DNA of 64,000 nucleotides from Candidatus Micrarchaeota archaeon (GTDB taxonomy: Archaea; Micrarchaeota; Micrarchaeia; Micrarchaeales; Micrarchaeaceae): positions 4,965 to 68,964 of the forward strand of contig JAJYTZ010000001.1 of NCBI GenBank assembly GCA_021792775.1, in the 5' to 3' direction. Position 1 is the stretch's first letter, and every line of letters starts with the position of its first letter. The notes under the pieces are model-generated. The model saw only the letters and a program-made list of their open reading frames with translations. It had not been told where the DNA came from and did not search any database. Both the position numbers and the translations under genes were made by a program. Positions 9,468 through 19,601 of the stretch are shown here, piece after piece.

Positions 9468-10058
9468 CTACATCCTGTGCCCATACCCCTGCGGCCTTGG
9501 CTGATATGGTTTTGTGAACAGATAGAACCGTTCTGTACCTTCGAGCTCTGCCATCACGCGTCTTGATATCATCTTTGCTGGGTCCTGTATAAAGGATATG
9601 CGGGATGATATGTCTGCAAAGTTCTCGAACCTTTTCTGTTTCCTTGCCACGATTATCGCATTCAGGTTCTTTTTTCCTATTCCGGGGAGCAGCTCCAAGG
9701 AGTGCTCACGTATGTTCAGCGGCCCCGCATCGTTGAAGAAATCCGAGAACCTCTTCTCATGTTCGCGTATTATTCGGGTAAGCGCATCTGGCAGCGATGA
9801 CTTTGCTGTCTCTGTAAGCTGCGAGAACGGAATTCTTGCCTTTATCAGGGATATCTTGTCGCGGTTCTCTTTTCCTATGTAGACCCTTTCCCCTATAGAT
9901 ATAGATGTTCCCTCTTTTGGAACAGCTTCGAGAAGCGTGAAAAAGTCTTCGCCGATTACCTGTGCTATCGGCTCTGCGCGTGTAGAGAAGGACTTCCCGG
10001 TAGACATGAAGTCCAGCACAATTGCATATTCCTCTTTCTTCTCTTCGTACATTTCCAA
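9468..10058 (-). CDS. DUF655 family putative RNA-binding protein
   Basis: EEYAIVLDF...AQVIGEDFFTLLE...HSLELLPGIGKK HhH motif. Confidence 0.9.
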   Translation of the reverse strand: MEMYEEKKEEYAIVLDFMSTGKSFSTRAEPIAQVIGEDFFTLLEAVPKEGTSISIGERVYIGKENRDKISLIKARIPFSQLTETAKSSLPDALTRIIREHEKRFSDFFNDAGPLNIREHSLELLPGIGKKNLNAIIVARKQKRFENFADISSRISFIQDPAKMISRRVMAELEGTERFYLFTKPYQPRPQGYGHRM

Positions 10059-10087
10059 ACCATCTCTTTCTCAAACATCAACAAACC

Positions 10088-10414
10088 TTACACGCTATCT
10101 GCTGTCGCTTTCAGGATCTCCTCTCTCTTTTCTTCGGGAAGTGACGCCTTCTCGCTTGCGAGTATCTGTTTCAGCAGTAACTCGCTCTTCGGAAGCACCT
10201 CTAGTATCTTGTACCTTATCGATTCTGGAAGTTCCGTGCCTTCAAGTATTGAACTTACCTTTGCATACAGTTTCTTGTTGGCCTTGAACTTTGTGACATA
10301 GTCGAGTACTACCTGCTGCTCGTACTTTAGCTCTGCCGGCTTCCTTGATTTCAGTATCTCGTACACCTCTTCTATGTTGGCGTACCCTTTCTCCTTAGCT
10401 TCTTTGCCTATCAT
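10088..10414 (-). CDS. rpoF: RNA polymerase subunit Rpo4 (F)
   Basis: MIGK...LKYEQQVVLDY...KILEVLP; conserved position upstream of DUF655. Confidence 0.88.
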   Translation of the reverse strand: MIGKEAKEKGYANIEEVYEILKSRKPAELKYEQQVVLDYVTKFKANKKLYAKVSSILEGTELPESIRYKILEVLPKSELLLKQILASEKASLPEEKREEILKATADSV

Positions 10415-10512
10415 ATAACCATTCTTTATTTTGGATTTATATATTGGTATTAGTTATTATGACAACTATAAATACCTTCCGTAGATACTAATATTGAAGA
10501 CAGGTATATTCT

Positions 10513-11421
10513 ATGGTTGACCCGAAGAAAGCTTATGATTCAGTGATAGAGCAGGTAAGGAAGAGGATTTCTGGAAAGGAGGAGGTTCTCAAACTTATGT
10601 TTATATCGTTGGTGGCAAATGGGCATGCGCTGCTGGAAGGAGTTCCAGGAGTGGCAAAGACAACAATGGCAAAGGCGATGGCTGACGCGGTACAGGCTGA
10701 CTTCGGAAGGGTGCAGGGAACCTCGGACCTTGAGTTCAAGGACATTGTTGGGTACACATTCATAGACAGCAACCATCAGATACAGGTAAAGAAAGGACCC
10801 ATATTTACTAACATGCTGCTTATTGACGAACTTAACAGGGCACCGCAGAGAACAGCGAGCGCGCTCCTTGAGGCGCTTGAGGAGCGTCAGGTAACCCTTG
10901 GCGACTCTACGATACCGTTAAAACAGCCGTTCATCGCCTTCGCGACACAGAACCCGCTTAATGTGGAAGGTACGATACCCATACCAAAGGTGCTTGCTGA
11001 CAGGTTCCTGATGAGGATAGAGGTAGGATATCCGAGCGTAGAGGAAGAGATAGATATGCTGAAGATAAAGGAGAGGCCTGTCGAGGCGAATGTGGAGAGG
11101 GTACTTTCGATAAGCGATATATTGGAAATGCAGAGAATGGTATCTGAAATAAAGGTCTCGGAAGAGATACTTAAATACATAACGAACGTGGTAAACCAGA
11201 CAAGGGTAGATATACATGTTGTTATGGGAGGAAGTCCTAGGGCGGAGATAAGCTTTATGCAGGCAGGAAAGGCCAGGGCGATGATAGAGGGAAGAAAGGA
11301 GGTGAGCATGGACGACATAAAGAAACTGGCTAGGCCAATACTCAGTCATAGGATAGTGGTGAGATCAACAGGAGGAATCGGAGTCAATGGGATAATAGAC
11401 GGTATAATCGCTACAACCTAG
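10513..11421 (+). CDS. MoxR-family AAA+ ATPase
   Basis: GHALLEGVPGVAKT, GPIF, DELNRA, ATQNP, DRF, SPRA. Confidence 0.93.
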   Translation: MVDPKKAYDSVIEQVRKRISGKEEVLKLMFISLVANGHALLEGVPGVAKTTMAKAMADAVQADFGRVQGTSDLEFKDIVGYTFIDSNHQIQVKKGPIFTNMLLIDELNRAPQRTASALLEALEERQVTLGDSTIPLKQPFIAFATQNPLNVEGTIPIPKVLADRFLMRIEVGYPSVEEEIDMLKIKERPVEANVERVLSISDILEMQRMVSEIKVSEEILKYITNVVNQTRVDIHVVMGGSPRAEISFMQAGKARAMIEGRKEVSMDDIKKLARPILSHRIVVRSTGGIGVNGIIDGIIATT

Positions 11422-11444
11422 TGACATCCTCCAACGGCTTAAGC
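11421..11444 (-). mobile_element. IS200/IS605 right-end remnant
   Basis: Minus strand ...CCGTTGGAGGATGTCAC matches the tnpB element end at 63404. Confidence 0.7.
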
Positions 11445-11463
11445 AAATAATGTAAAAGAACCT

Positions 11464-12318
11464 CTATTTGTAAGCGATGATTCCCCTATAACTTTTACTG
11501 ACTTTTCTAAATCCCGCCTCCTGCAGCCTGTTAACAGCGCCCTTTGTGTAATTTACCTTGTACTCACGTGGCGTCCTTCCCCCTCCTATGAAATGGTATA
11601 GAGTCCCGCCCTGTTTCAGCACCCTATATAGTTCCTTATAGAAACTTAAGGAGTATAGATCACCTTCTATTTTAACATTTGGTGGGTCGTGCAGTATTGA
11701 ATCAAATTTGTTATCATTGATTTTCACAATAGCCTTAGCAACATCAATATTTTCCAGTTCTATACTTTTACTCTCGAAAGTTTCTCTTGACCAAGGATTA
11801 GCCTTGGCAATTTCAATCACATCATTTGACAATTCACAAGTATACACGCTTGTTGCCCCTTTTTTGATTAGTTCGATTGATGTATATCCAAGGCCAAAGC
11901 ATGTGTCAAAGACATTGCCAAAGATACGCCCTAGTGTATTAACCTTGTTTTCTGCTTCTTCAGTAGGTTTAGAAACCGAAACCGTGTGCATCACGCTACC
12001 ATTTATCCATAACGTTGGCGGCCAATCGATGTGCGATTCATATAGTTTGTAAGCCCTGTTTTCACTGAACAGATACATATAAAGTAAGGAGTTGTTTTCT
12101 ATTAAAAAACAATCTTCAAGGTGGCGTTTCTTATTTGCATTTCCAAGTATTTTCAGCTCTATTGTTTGCCCACCAGGGAGAAGAAATTCGTTTTCGGACT
12201 TGGTAACTTCTGTGGTGGTGAGCCCTAGGTCCAGGCTTATTTTTATCTTACCTGGTTTAGCTTTGAGAAGCCTCTCTATATGAAAACCGGAGATTACAAA
12301 CTTTTGATATTCATTCAT
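11464..12318 (-). CDS. Predicted archaeal SAM-dependent methyltransferase (COG2521-like)
   Basis: ISLDLG, PPTLWINGSVMH, DTCFGLGY, NPWS, HDPP. Confidence 0.85.
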   Translation of the reverse strand: MNEYQKFVISGFHIERLLKAKPGKIKISLDLGLTTTEVTKSENEFLLPGGQTIELKILGNANKKRHLEDCFLIENNSLLYMYLFSENRAYKLYESHIDWPPTLWINGSVMHTVSVSKPTEEAENKVNTLGRIFGNVFDTCFGLGYTSIELIKKGATSVYTCELSNDVIEIAKANPWSRETFESKSIELENIDVAKAIVKINDNKFDSILHDPPNVKIEGDLYSLSFYKELYRVLKQGGTLYHFIGGGRTPREYKVNYTKGAVNRLQEAGFRKVSKSYRGIIAYK

Positions 12319-12660
12319 AATGAATAGTTAGGCTACTAACTTTATTATTGATACTATGAGCGACATTTGGTCGCTAACTCTGGCAGGTGTTTCTCCGGTG
12401 GGTGTGGTTTCAGGTGCACATCAACCTTTCTTTGATGATATTCGACATAGAGTTTATACCAAAACTTCTAAGGAATTTTGGTCTTTCGTACTTTTCATCC
12501 GCATATTGGTATTATGGTGATATCCTCTTCCAACTGACAGTTGAGAGCTTCCAGAGTGGCTATGATTGTTCATAAATCAATGAATAGCCACTCCTCGTTT
12601 TTAAACAAGGCTCACGCCACTAACCCACCATCGAAATGACGGGGTTGCGGGCCGGATCGT

Positions 12661-13719
12661 TTATCGGAGAAAGCAACCGTTCTTTCCTATGAGCACATCA
12701 TCTTCGAACCTTACACCTCCAAATCCAGGTAGGTAAATCCCTGGTTCGTCGCTGAACACCATATTTTTTGCGAGTTTTATGCCTGAAGGGATGGTCTGAC
12801 CATCATGAACATCTATCCCTATACTGTGCCCCAGGGCGTGTATGAATCTTCCTTTGTATATACCGCCTTTGTAGTTGTCTATGCGAGATGCGGCAGCGTT
12901 ATGGGGGGCCGATGCGCTATTCCCTGCATACATCTCTTCGAGAGCGGCTGTCTGCGCCTCTTTGACCACCCCAATCATCTCTGACAGTTTAGCGAATCTG
13001 CTTGAACCCTTGTCTGGTTTGAAGATTGTGGTTCTGCTTATGTCAGAGCAGTAGTTCTTGTATATTCCGCCAACATCGAAAAGCACTCCCGCATTCCTTT
13101 CCAGCTTTTTCTTGCCTGGCATATAATGCGGCATGGATGCGTTAGCGCCGAAGGCGACTATAGAATGGAATGATGCTCTCGCCCCGAGTTTTGCTTGGTT
13201 GAATTCGAATAGGGAAGCCACTTCCTCTTCTGTCTGCCCCTCTTTCAGACTGCGCATGGTTTCTTTGATTGCGCGTTTCGTTATACGTACTGCCTTTCTT
13301 ATCGAGTCGATCTCTTCCGTATTCTTTATGCTTCGCGCCGCCTGTAGGTTTGGAGAAGCATCGACCAGGCGCTTTGCTCTGGTAAGTTTTGAGATTCGCT
13401 TTGCATATGAGACAGGGATAAAAGAACTGTTTATTCCGACCTTTTGACCGTACAGGGATTTGAGGTTGAGGGCCTGGGACTCTTTGTTGACACATATCAC
13501 TTCGAGGGATTTTTCCGCCTGAAGCCTTGCGGCTTCCTCTTCAAGCTTACTCACGAGGAGCACTGCCATGTCTGGCGTAGCGATGAGGATTGTCTGTTCG
13601 AATATCCCGCTGGTAAAACCTGTCAGATATTTGAAATTGCTGTCCTGCTGATCGGTATTCATTGTAAGGAGCGCATCGAAATCCGCGTCTTTGAATATCG
13701 AACGGAGTTTTCTTTTCAA
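12661..13719 (-). CDS. pepQ: Xaa-Pro peptidase, M24 family
   Basis: DVGG..Y.SDISRT, HALGHSIGIDVHD, EPGIY, GVRFEDD. Confidence 0.92.
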   Translation of the reverse strand: MKRKLRSIFKDADFDALLTMNTDQQDSNFKYLTGFTSGIFEQTILIATPDMAVLLVSKLEEEAARLQAEKSLEVICVNKESQALNLKSLYGQKVGINSSFIPVSYAKRISKLTRAKRLVDASPNLQAARSIKNTEEIDSIRKAVRITKRAIKETMRSLKEGQTEEEVASLFEFNQAKLGARASFHSIVAFGANASMPHYMPGKKKLERNAGVLFDVGGIYKNYCSDISRTTIFKPDKGSSRFAKLSEMIGVVKEAQTAALEEMYAGNSASAPHNAAASRIDNYKGGIYKGRFIHALGHSIGIDVHDGQTIPSGIKLAKNMVFSDEPGIYLPGFGGVRFEDDVLIGKNGCFLR

Positions 13720-13788
13720 GCCGCTGATGTAGACACCCCTTACATATTAATTACCAGATTATAAATATCCTTTTGCGCATATTCTTTT

Positions 13789-15012
13789 ATGGAGGCTGCA
13801 TCGCAGGTCGTGAAGGTTAGGCGTTCTACAGACGTATACAAGAACATGCGGGATTCCGGCATGATCTCTAAATATTACAGGATGAGCGCAGAGAGATTGG
13901 TCTGCGAGAAGAGCATAGAAGGCGCCTCCCCGACTGAGATCTTCATAGGAAGGTATGGATATCCGAAGGTTTTCGCAGGGCCTATGGTACCCCGAGAATT
14001 TGGAGACACATCGGTGCTTAGCTCTCCCGAAATGTGGAGGTCTATGGGCATACCGCAGATCTTCGAGATGAGGTTCAAGCTCATACGGGGAATGTTTCTC
14101 ACAGACGTGAAGAGGTTTGGGGAAGATAGAAGAATGGATAGCATAACAGAACTTGCTATGGCGGATAGGCCAGTCGATTCGGAGATGAGGCTTGCTAGGG
14201 TAAGCCCATATAGGAAGGATAAGGGGGATGTGGTAGAACCGTTTGGTTTGAGCGGGATACTTTCTTCTATTGGAATATCCAATGTGAGCACAGACAAGAA
14301 GCTAGAGAGCAGGTATGACGATACAGACATGCGGGCAGCTGATGCGGTAGTTGATCTGTACACCAGAGGGGTTAGCGTATCCAAGATAAGCAGAGCCCTC
14401 TCCGCAGGCACGTTCGGATTAGGCAGACATAGGAAGTTAGTCCCAACAAGATGGAGCATAACTGCTGTGGACGATACAATATCAAAATCCATTCTGTCTG
14501 AAGTTAAGTGTATGGATACCATCGACCATATAGAGATTTACAACCACGTCTCGTTGGATAACAGATGGATGATAATCGTTATGCCGGGAAGATGGGAATA
14601 TGAGTCGATAGAGGCGTGGTACCCAAATACCACGTGGAATGAAAATCCGAATGAGATATCAATATTCTCCTCAGCAGAGGGGTTTGATGGAAAAAAAGGA
14701 TATGCCGAAATAGGGGGCTGTTATTATGCTGCGCGGCTTGCGGTAGCTGAAAAACTTTCGAGAAAAATGGTGCAGGGCAGGGTACTCATATTGAGGGAGG
14801 TACATGACGGGTATGTGCTACCTGTAGGAGTATGGAATGTGAGGGAGCATGTAAGGGAGGCGTTAGAGGGTAAGCCGATTCTCATCGATAATGAGGCTGG
14901 TATACTCGATAAGATATCTGAGATGTTTGACATATCGGAAAAAGAGTGGATAAAAAACAGTATTATCCTTAAGAAGCTGTTCCTTCAGAAAAGGATGGTT
15001 GCTTATCTGTGA
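13789..15012 (+). CDS. nreA: Nre-family DNA repair protein
   Basis: FIGRYGYPKV, RKLVPTRWSITAVD, GGCYYAARL, PVGVWNVRE, C-terminal PIP-like QKRMVAYL. Confidence 0.88.
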   Translation: MEAASQVVKVRRSTDVYKNMRDSGMISKYYRMSAERLVCEKSIEGASPTEIFIGRYGYPKVFAGPMVPREFGDTSVLSSPEMWRSMGIPQIFEMRFKLIRGMFLTDVKRFGEDRRMDSITELAMADRPVDSEMRLARVSPYRKDKGDVVEPFGLSGILSSIGISNVSTDKKLESRYDDTDMRAADAVVDLYTRGVSVSKISRALSAGTFGLGRHRKLVPTRWSITAVDDTISKSILSEVKCMDTIDHIEIYNHVSLDNRWMIIVMPGRWEYESIEAWYPNTTWNENPNEISIFSSAEGFDGKKGYAEIGGCYYAARLAVAEKLSRKMVQGRVLILREVHDGYVLPVGVWNVREHVREALEGKPILIDNEAGILDKISEMFDISEKEWIKNSIILKKLFLQKRMVAYL

Positions 15013-15031
15013 TCTCTAAAAAACCCAAGGC

Positions 15032-15502
15032 TCAGTTTATGTTGTATATTATCCTGCCTGCGACTGTGTGGGCATATCCGCTAATGGAGCTGGTGTACTC
15101 CAATATGATGTATCCCTTATAGTAAGCCCCGAGCGTACTGTTGAAATCCTTTCCTGAGGAATAACATTGCAATGTCTCTGAAAAGCTGCCTCCGTTAGGC
15201 ACGTTTGCCGGGATATAAGATAGGATGGGGGATGAGGATGCGTTAGAGTCGCAGCCCATGTAAGTTGTGGTTATGTTGTAGCCAGTACGCTGTAGTATGG
15301 AAACATTCAGTATGCCGTTGGAGTTGATGGTATATGAGGTACAGGTAAAGTTGTACTGGAAGAAGCATAAGTTAATCGGCTTCGGCGTCAGAAATCCGCT
15401 GGTCACTATGACTAACACGGCTATCGTAAGTATCAGGATAGCCCAACCGTATGTGGTTACATATTCCATCGCGGATTGGCTTTTCGCACCTGGCAGTTTC
15501 AT
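15032..15502 (-). CDS. Class III signal peptide pilin-like protein
   Basis: KS|QSAMEYVTTYGWAIL, Cys-containing small domain. Confidence 0.85.
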   Translation of the reverse strand: MKLPGAKSQSAMEYVTTYGWAILILTIAVLVIVTSGFLTPKPINLCFFQYNFTCTSYTINSNGILNVSILQRTGYNITTTYMGCDSNASSSPILSYIPANVPNGGSFSETLQCYSSGKDFNSTLGAYYKGYIILEYTSSISGYAHTVAGRIIYNIN

Positions 15503-15516
15503 AATTCTTTTCTGGA

Positions 15517-15975
15517 TTATCCCACCTTTGCAACTATCTTTCCTAGTTCAGTGAACGGAAATCCGTTCTGTGTATCTATATACCTTACAACGAAATACCC
15601 TTCGTATACGGATCCTGTGCTTCCTGAGAAAATAGTTCCATTATCATAGCAACTAACTGTTGTGGAATAGTTCTCTTCCGGCGAGAGGGTTACCTCCGGG
15701 GACAGTGTAGTCATGTTTGTCAGTGAACCGGCGATGTTGCACCCAACTGCGGTTATGTTTATTGGATATACTATGTTGTTTGGCGCTATGTTTATATTTA
15801 GGCTGCCTGTACCTGAAAGACTAAAGCTTAAGCAGGAAAAATCAGGAAATATGCATTCTGGAGTCACATTTGGGGAAAAGAAGCCTGATGCGTAAAGAAC
15901 CGAGAGTACTATACCGACGATTAGTATCGCCCACCCGTATGTAGTCAGATACTCCATTGCTGATTGCGACTTCAT
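15517..15975 (-). CDS. Class III signal peptide pilin-like protein (paralogue; in frame with upstream TnpB fragment)
   Basis: MKS|QSAMEYLTTYGWAIL; same Cys pattern as its neighbour. Confidence 0.85.
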   Translation of the reverse strand: MKSQSAMEYLTTYGWAILIVGIVLSVLYASGFFSPNVTPECIFPDFSCLSFSLSGTGSLNINIAPNNIVYPINITAVGCNIAGSLTNMTTLSPEVTLSPEENYSTTVSCYDNGTIFSGSTGSVYEGYFVVRYIDTQNGFPFTELGKIVAKVG

Positions 15976-16161
15976 CTGAGTGAGCCAAACATTCATCCTG
16001 TACTCTGTAAGCGTCTTCCCTGCTTCTCTGTAGTATGCCTTTGACTTTTCAAGAAGAAGATTGTAGAGTTCTTTTGCGAGCGCCATCTGCCTGTTAAGGA
16101 TAGATTGAGCATCTTTAGATGGATATGCCCTGTATTTATATGCAGTTTTCACGACGGCCAT
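15976..16161 (-). mobile_element. TnpB N-terminal (HTH_OrfB_IS605-like) fragment fused to pilin
   Basis: MAVVKTAYKYRAYPSKDAQSILNRQMALAKELYNLLLE..., a classic TnpB N-terminus. Confidence 0.8.
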
Positions 16162-16368
16162 ATCTATTACACCGTTTATTATGCTATTAAAGTTTATACC
16201 CCTTTCCTTTTGTCTTTCTCTGCGTTCGCCCTCATTTCGCCTTTCAAAGAGGCGGGTTTTCTCGCTTGCCTTTATAAAAATATATGGCATTGTGGTAAGC
16301 TGGGCTCTGGACCAAACCTGCTTTAGATAAGGTTTTATATCTGAATAGGGGACAGTACTATTGATAAT

Positions 16369-16710
16369 ATGGAGATGACACAAAAACAAGTTCCGCATAT
16401 AAGCAAAGAGAACACGCATTATGGATTTACTAGCAAAACCGTTCAGATAGGAGGTGAAAAAACTCTCTATCAAATAGTGGCTACTGGGAATTTCGGGAAC
16501 GTTAGGAAAGGCGATGTAGGGGGATTTATAGAAAGCGAAAAGAATCTTGATTTTAATTCAAACGCATGGGTTCATGCCGGCGATATGGTTTTGGGCCGTG
16601 CGCGGGTTTATGACGGCGTGTTGGTTTCTGACTACACGGAGATTCCTACCTATGGCGCGGGAGTGTTTGAACTTGATAAAACTCCTGCAAAGGATAGGCT
16701 GCGCAGGTAG
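16369..16710 (+). CDS. Phage-related short beta-helix protein
   Basis: LYQIVA..FGNV.KGDVGGFIESEKNL...AWV....V.G.ARV pattern. Confidence 0.65.
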   Translation: MEMTQKQVPHISKENTHYGFTSKTVQIGGEKTLYQIVATGNFGNVRKGDVGGFIESEKNLDFNSNAWVHAGDMVLGRARVYDGVLVSDYTEIPTYGAGVFELDKTPAKDRLRR

Positions 16711-16933
16711 AACACACCCCTTTGCATACATTCCTTCCAGAGATAAAAGGCCTGGATGGTTTTTGGAAAGAATCGTAACCTCAATAGGTACTTCTCAAAA
16801 GAGACATGTCTAGACAGCATATCAGGAGGGAAAATAACCAAAAGCGTAAACCAACCAAAGGATATCGTTGACTTTTTGTCTCAAACTCTGAGATTCCGCA
16901 AAGTATATATTTTTGATATGAGAGTTTGATGAG

Positions 16934-18667
16934 ATGGGGATAAACAAGCCTATCTCTGACATTCTCAATCGAATAGCGGACATACTGAGCATAGATGAAG
17001 AAGGAGGCGTGAGGTTTGAGGTAAGAGCCTACAGGCGTGCCGCCATGAGCATAGACTCCCTTGAGGACGATGTCGCAGATATCTATAGAAAAAAGGGCGT
17101 AGAGGGACTTAAGGAGATAGACGGGGTTGGAGAGGGTATATCGAAATCCATAGTCGAGTATATAAAGACCGGAAAGATGAAGAAATACGAAAAGCTAAAA
17201 AAACTCTATCCTGTAGACTTTGAAAACCTTACTAGGATAGAGGGACTTGGACCTAAGAGGGTCGCGCTCCTTTACAGGAGGCTTGGAGTAAAGGATATCA
17301 ATGGGCTTAAGCAGGCTGTAGCTTCACATAAGATAAGTGCCCTTGAGGGTTTCGGCGAAAAGAGCGAATCTCTTATACTTAACGGAATTGCGCGCTTTGA
17401 ATCCAATAAAGGCAGGATCCTTCTCGGAGATGCGATGCCTGAGGCGGAAAGGATAATAAAATTCTTGATAGGGAGCGGATGCGTTAACCGCGCCAGAATA
17501 GCTGGTTCGATACGCAGGATGAGAGAGACTGTAGGGGATATAGACATTCTCGCCACCTCGGACAGTCCTGAAAAGGTGATGGAGTTGTTCTCAGGGATGG
17601 GAGAGGTTGAAAGTGTCATACTCAGCGGGAAGACCAAAACTACCGTGAAGCTGAATATAGGGATAAACTGCGACCTGAGGGTAATAGACGACAAAAGCTT
17701 TGGGGCGGCACTCCAGTATTTTACGGGCAACAAGTTCCATAACGTAAAGCTTAGGACCATCGCGATAAAGAAAGGATTTAAGCTCAACGAGTATGGACTG
17801 TTTGACAAAAAAGGGAGCAACCTTGCAAGCGGAAAGGATGAGGAATGGATATACAGAAGACTGGGAATGGAGCCGATGCCTGCGGAGATGCGAGAGGACA
17901 GAGGAGAGATAGACCTTTCTATAAAAGAGGGAATAAAGGAGCTTGTCTCGCTTGAGGATCTGTTGGGAGATATGCACACTCATACAAAGGAGTCTGATGG
18001 ATCGAACAGTATAGAGGAGATGATTGCAGCTGCCAAGAAAGCTGGACTGAGTTACATAGCAACTACCAACCATACCAAGAGCCTTAAGGTCGCAAACGGA
18101 ATGGACGAGGCAAGGCTGGCCAGCTATTTTGCGCATGTTGATAAACTCAATGATAAGTTGGATGGATTTGCCGTGCTAAAAGGCGCCGAAGTCGACATAC
18201 TCAAGAACGGCAACCTTGATCTCGATTCGAAGGCTCTGAAGGGCCTTGATTGCGCTTTGGGCAGCGTGCACTCCCACTTCAATATGGATAAAGATGCAAT
18301 GACAAAGCGCGTGATAAAGGCGATGGAAAGCGGTATGATACATATTCTTGGGCACCCGACAGGTCGCATACTTCTGGGACGTGAAGGCTATGGCCTTGAT
18401 ATCCATAAGGTTGCCGATGCTGCAGAAGCCAACGGTGTCATAATCGAGATAAATTCCTCACCCGAACGCTTAGACATTAGCGATTCTAACATATTGGATA
18501 TATCGGATTATAAGATAATGTTCGCGATAGACTCTGATGCGCATTCAGTGAACCATTTCGGGAACTTGAGATACGGAGTCGGAACTGCTCGAAGAGGCTG
18601 GCTCGGAAAAGATAGGATATTAAACGCGCTTGAGCTAAATAAGCTTAGGAAGATTTTGAGCAGATGA
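16934..18667 (+). CDS. polX: DNA polymerase X / PHP 3'-5' exonuclease
   Basis: HhH repeats, GSIRR..GDIDIL, YFTG.K.HN, PHP DMHTHT..SDG and DSDAH. Confidence 0.95.
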   Translation: MGINKPISDILNRIADILSIDEEGGVRFEVRAYRRAAMSIDSLEDDVADIYRKKGVEGLKEIDGVGEGISKSIVEYIKTGKMKKYEKLKKLYPVDFENLTRIEGLGPKRVALLYRRLGVKDINGLKQAVASHKISALEGFGEKSESLILNGIARFESNKGRILLGDAMPEAERIIKFLIGSGCVNRARIAGSIRRMRETVGDIDILATSDSPEKVMELFSGMGEVESVILSGKTKTTVKLNIGINCDLRVIDDKSFGAALQYFTGNKFHNVKLRTIAIKKGFKLNEYGLFDKKGSNLASGKDEEWIYRRLGMEPMPAEMREDRGEIDLSIKEGIKELVSLEDLLGDMHTHTKESDGSNSIEEMIAAAKKAGLSYIATTNHTKSLKVANGMDEARLASYFAHVDKLNDKLDGFAVLKGAEVDILKNGNLDLDSKALKGLDCALGSVHSHFNMDKDAMTKRVIKAMESGMIHILGHPTGRILLGREGYGLDIHKVADAAEANGVIIEINSSPERLDISDSNILDISDYKIMFAIDSDAHSVNHFGNLRYGVGTARRGWLGKDRILNALELNKLRKILSR

Positions 18668-18671
18668 TCTT

Positions 18672-19601
18672 TTGGACAATAGAGCAAGAAACATCCTCTT
18701 ACGCGTATATAACAGGGAGATAGCCCATTCCAAGGCAACAGGGAGGATGATGGAGGGGGAGAAGAATCCTGCGATAAAGAGGGTTCTTAGGGATATATCC
18801 ATATTGGAGGGAAGGCACGCCGCGCTATGGGAAAAGGTGCTCGGAAGAAAATCCGGAGCGGAAGACAAAAGAGCGGTCGCTACAGAGATATCGAAGATAA
18901 TGCTCATGCAAAAGCTCCTCGGAACCGCGCTCGCAATAAAGATAGTGGAAAGGACAGAGTTCAACATTTACAGCGATCTGTATGCGCACGGGAACGATGC
19001 AGGGCTCTCAGCCAAGGAGAAAAAGGCAATAGGCAGGATAGAACGCGACGACCTTGAGAGCATGGGGCCTCTCGAGACAAAGATAGTGCAGTACAATAAG
19101 ATACTGAGCAACATAAAGGACGTCATACTTGGGATGAATGATGGGCTTGTGGAGGTTTTGGCTGCGGTGGTGGGGTTTGCGGCCGCACTCCAACTGCCTG
19201 ACCTTGTCATACTTGGAGGGGTTATAGTGGCGATCTCTGGCACTATATCTATGACTGTGGGCGCTTACCTTTCTACCGAAAGCGAAAAAAGCATCAAGGC
19301 AAGAAAGGATGGGTTTTCTGCGCCAAAAGCCAGTGCCGTATATATGGGGATGTTCTATATCTTCGGGGCGATATTTCCCATACTACCTTTCGCCCTTGGC
19401 GCTTACGGCGCGGAAGGGATAGTGCTATCAGTTGCGCTCACATGCGTTGCGCTATCGGTATCTTCGGCGATGATATCTATTTTAAGCGATACTGGAATAA
19501 CGCGAAGGGTTGTCAAGACTCTTATCTTATCTATTGCTGCTGCTTCAGTTACGATACTGCTTGGAACATACGCAAGATACGTTTTGCATTTGGTGATATG
19601 A
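18672..19601 (+). CDS. Rubrerythrin-like/VIT1-CCC1 metal transporter
   Basis: Ferritin-like N-terminus (E..H), then ILGMNDGLVE...SMTVGAYLS. Confidence 0.88.
   Translation: MDNRARNILLRVYNREIAHSKATGRMMEGEKNPAIKRVLRDISILEGRHAALWEKVLGRKSGAEDKRAVATEISKIMLMQKLLGTALAIKIVERTEFNIYSDLYAHGNDAGLSAKEKKAIGRIERDDLESMGPLETKIVQYNKILSNIKDVILGMNDGLVEVLAAVVGFAAALQLPDLVILGGVIVAISGTISMTVGAYLSTESEKSIKARKDGFSAPKASAVYMGMFYIFGAIFPILPFALGAYGAEGIVLSVALTCVALSVSSAMISILSDTGITRRVVKTLILSIAAASVTILLGTYARYVLHLVI

Noticed and set aside
12554..12593. 10-bp inverted repeat GAGTGGCTAT/ATAGCCACTC in an intergenic region
   Set aside because: Single occurrence, no family assignable; may be a mobile-element scar.
2182..16161. Diversity-generating retroelement acting on pilin/LamG genes
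   Set aside because: No reverse transcriptase and no template/variable repeat pair with adenine-specific mismatches seen in the window.
15517..16473. 318-aa ORF as listed in the track
   Set aside because: The first ~104 aa overlap the divergent 16369 gene and its promoter region; credible coding starts at 16161.
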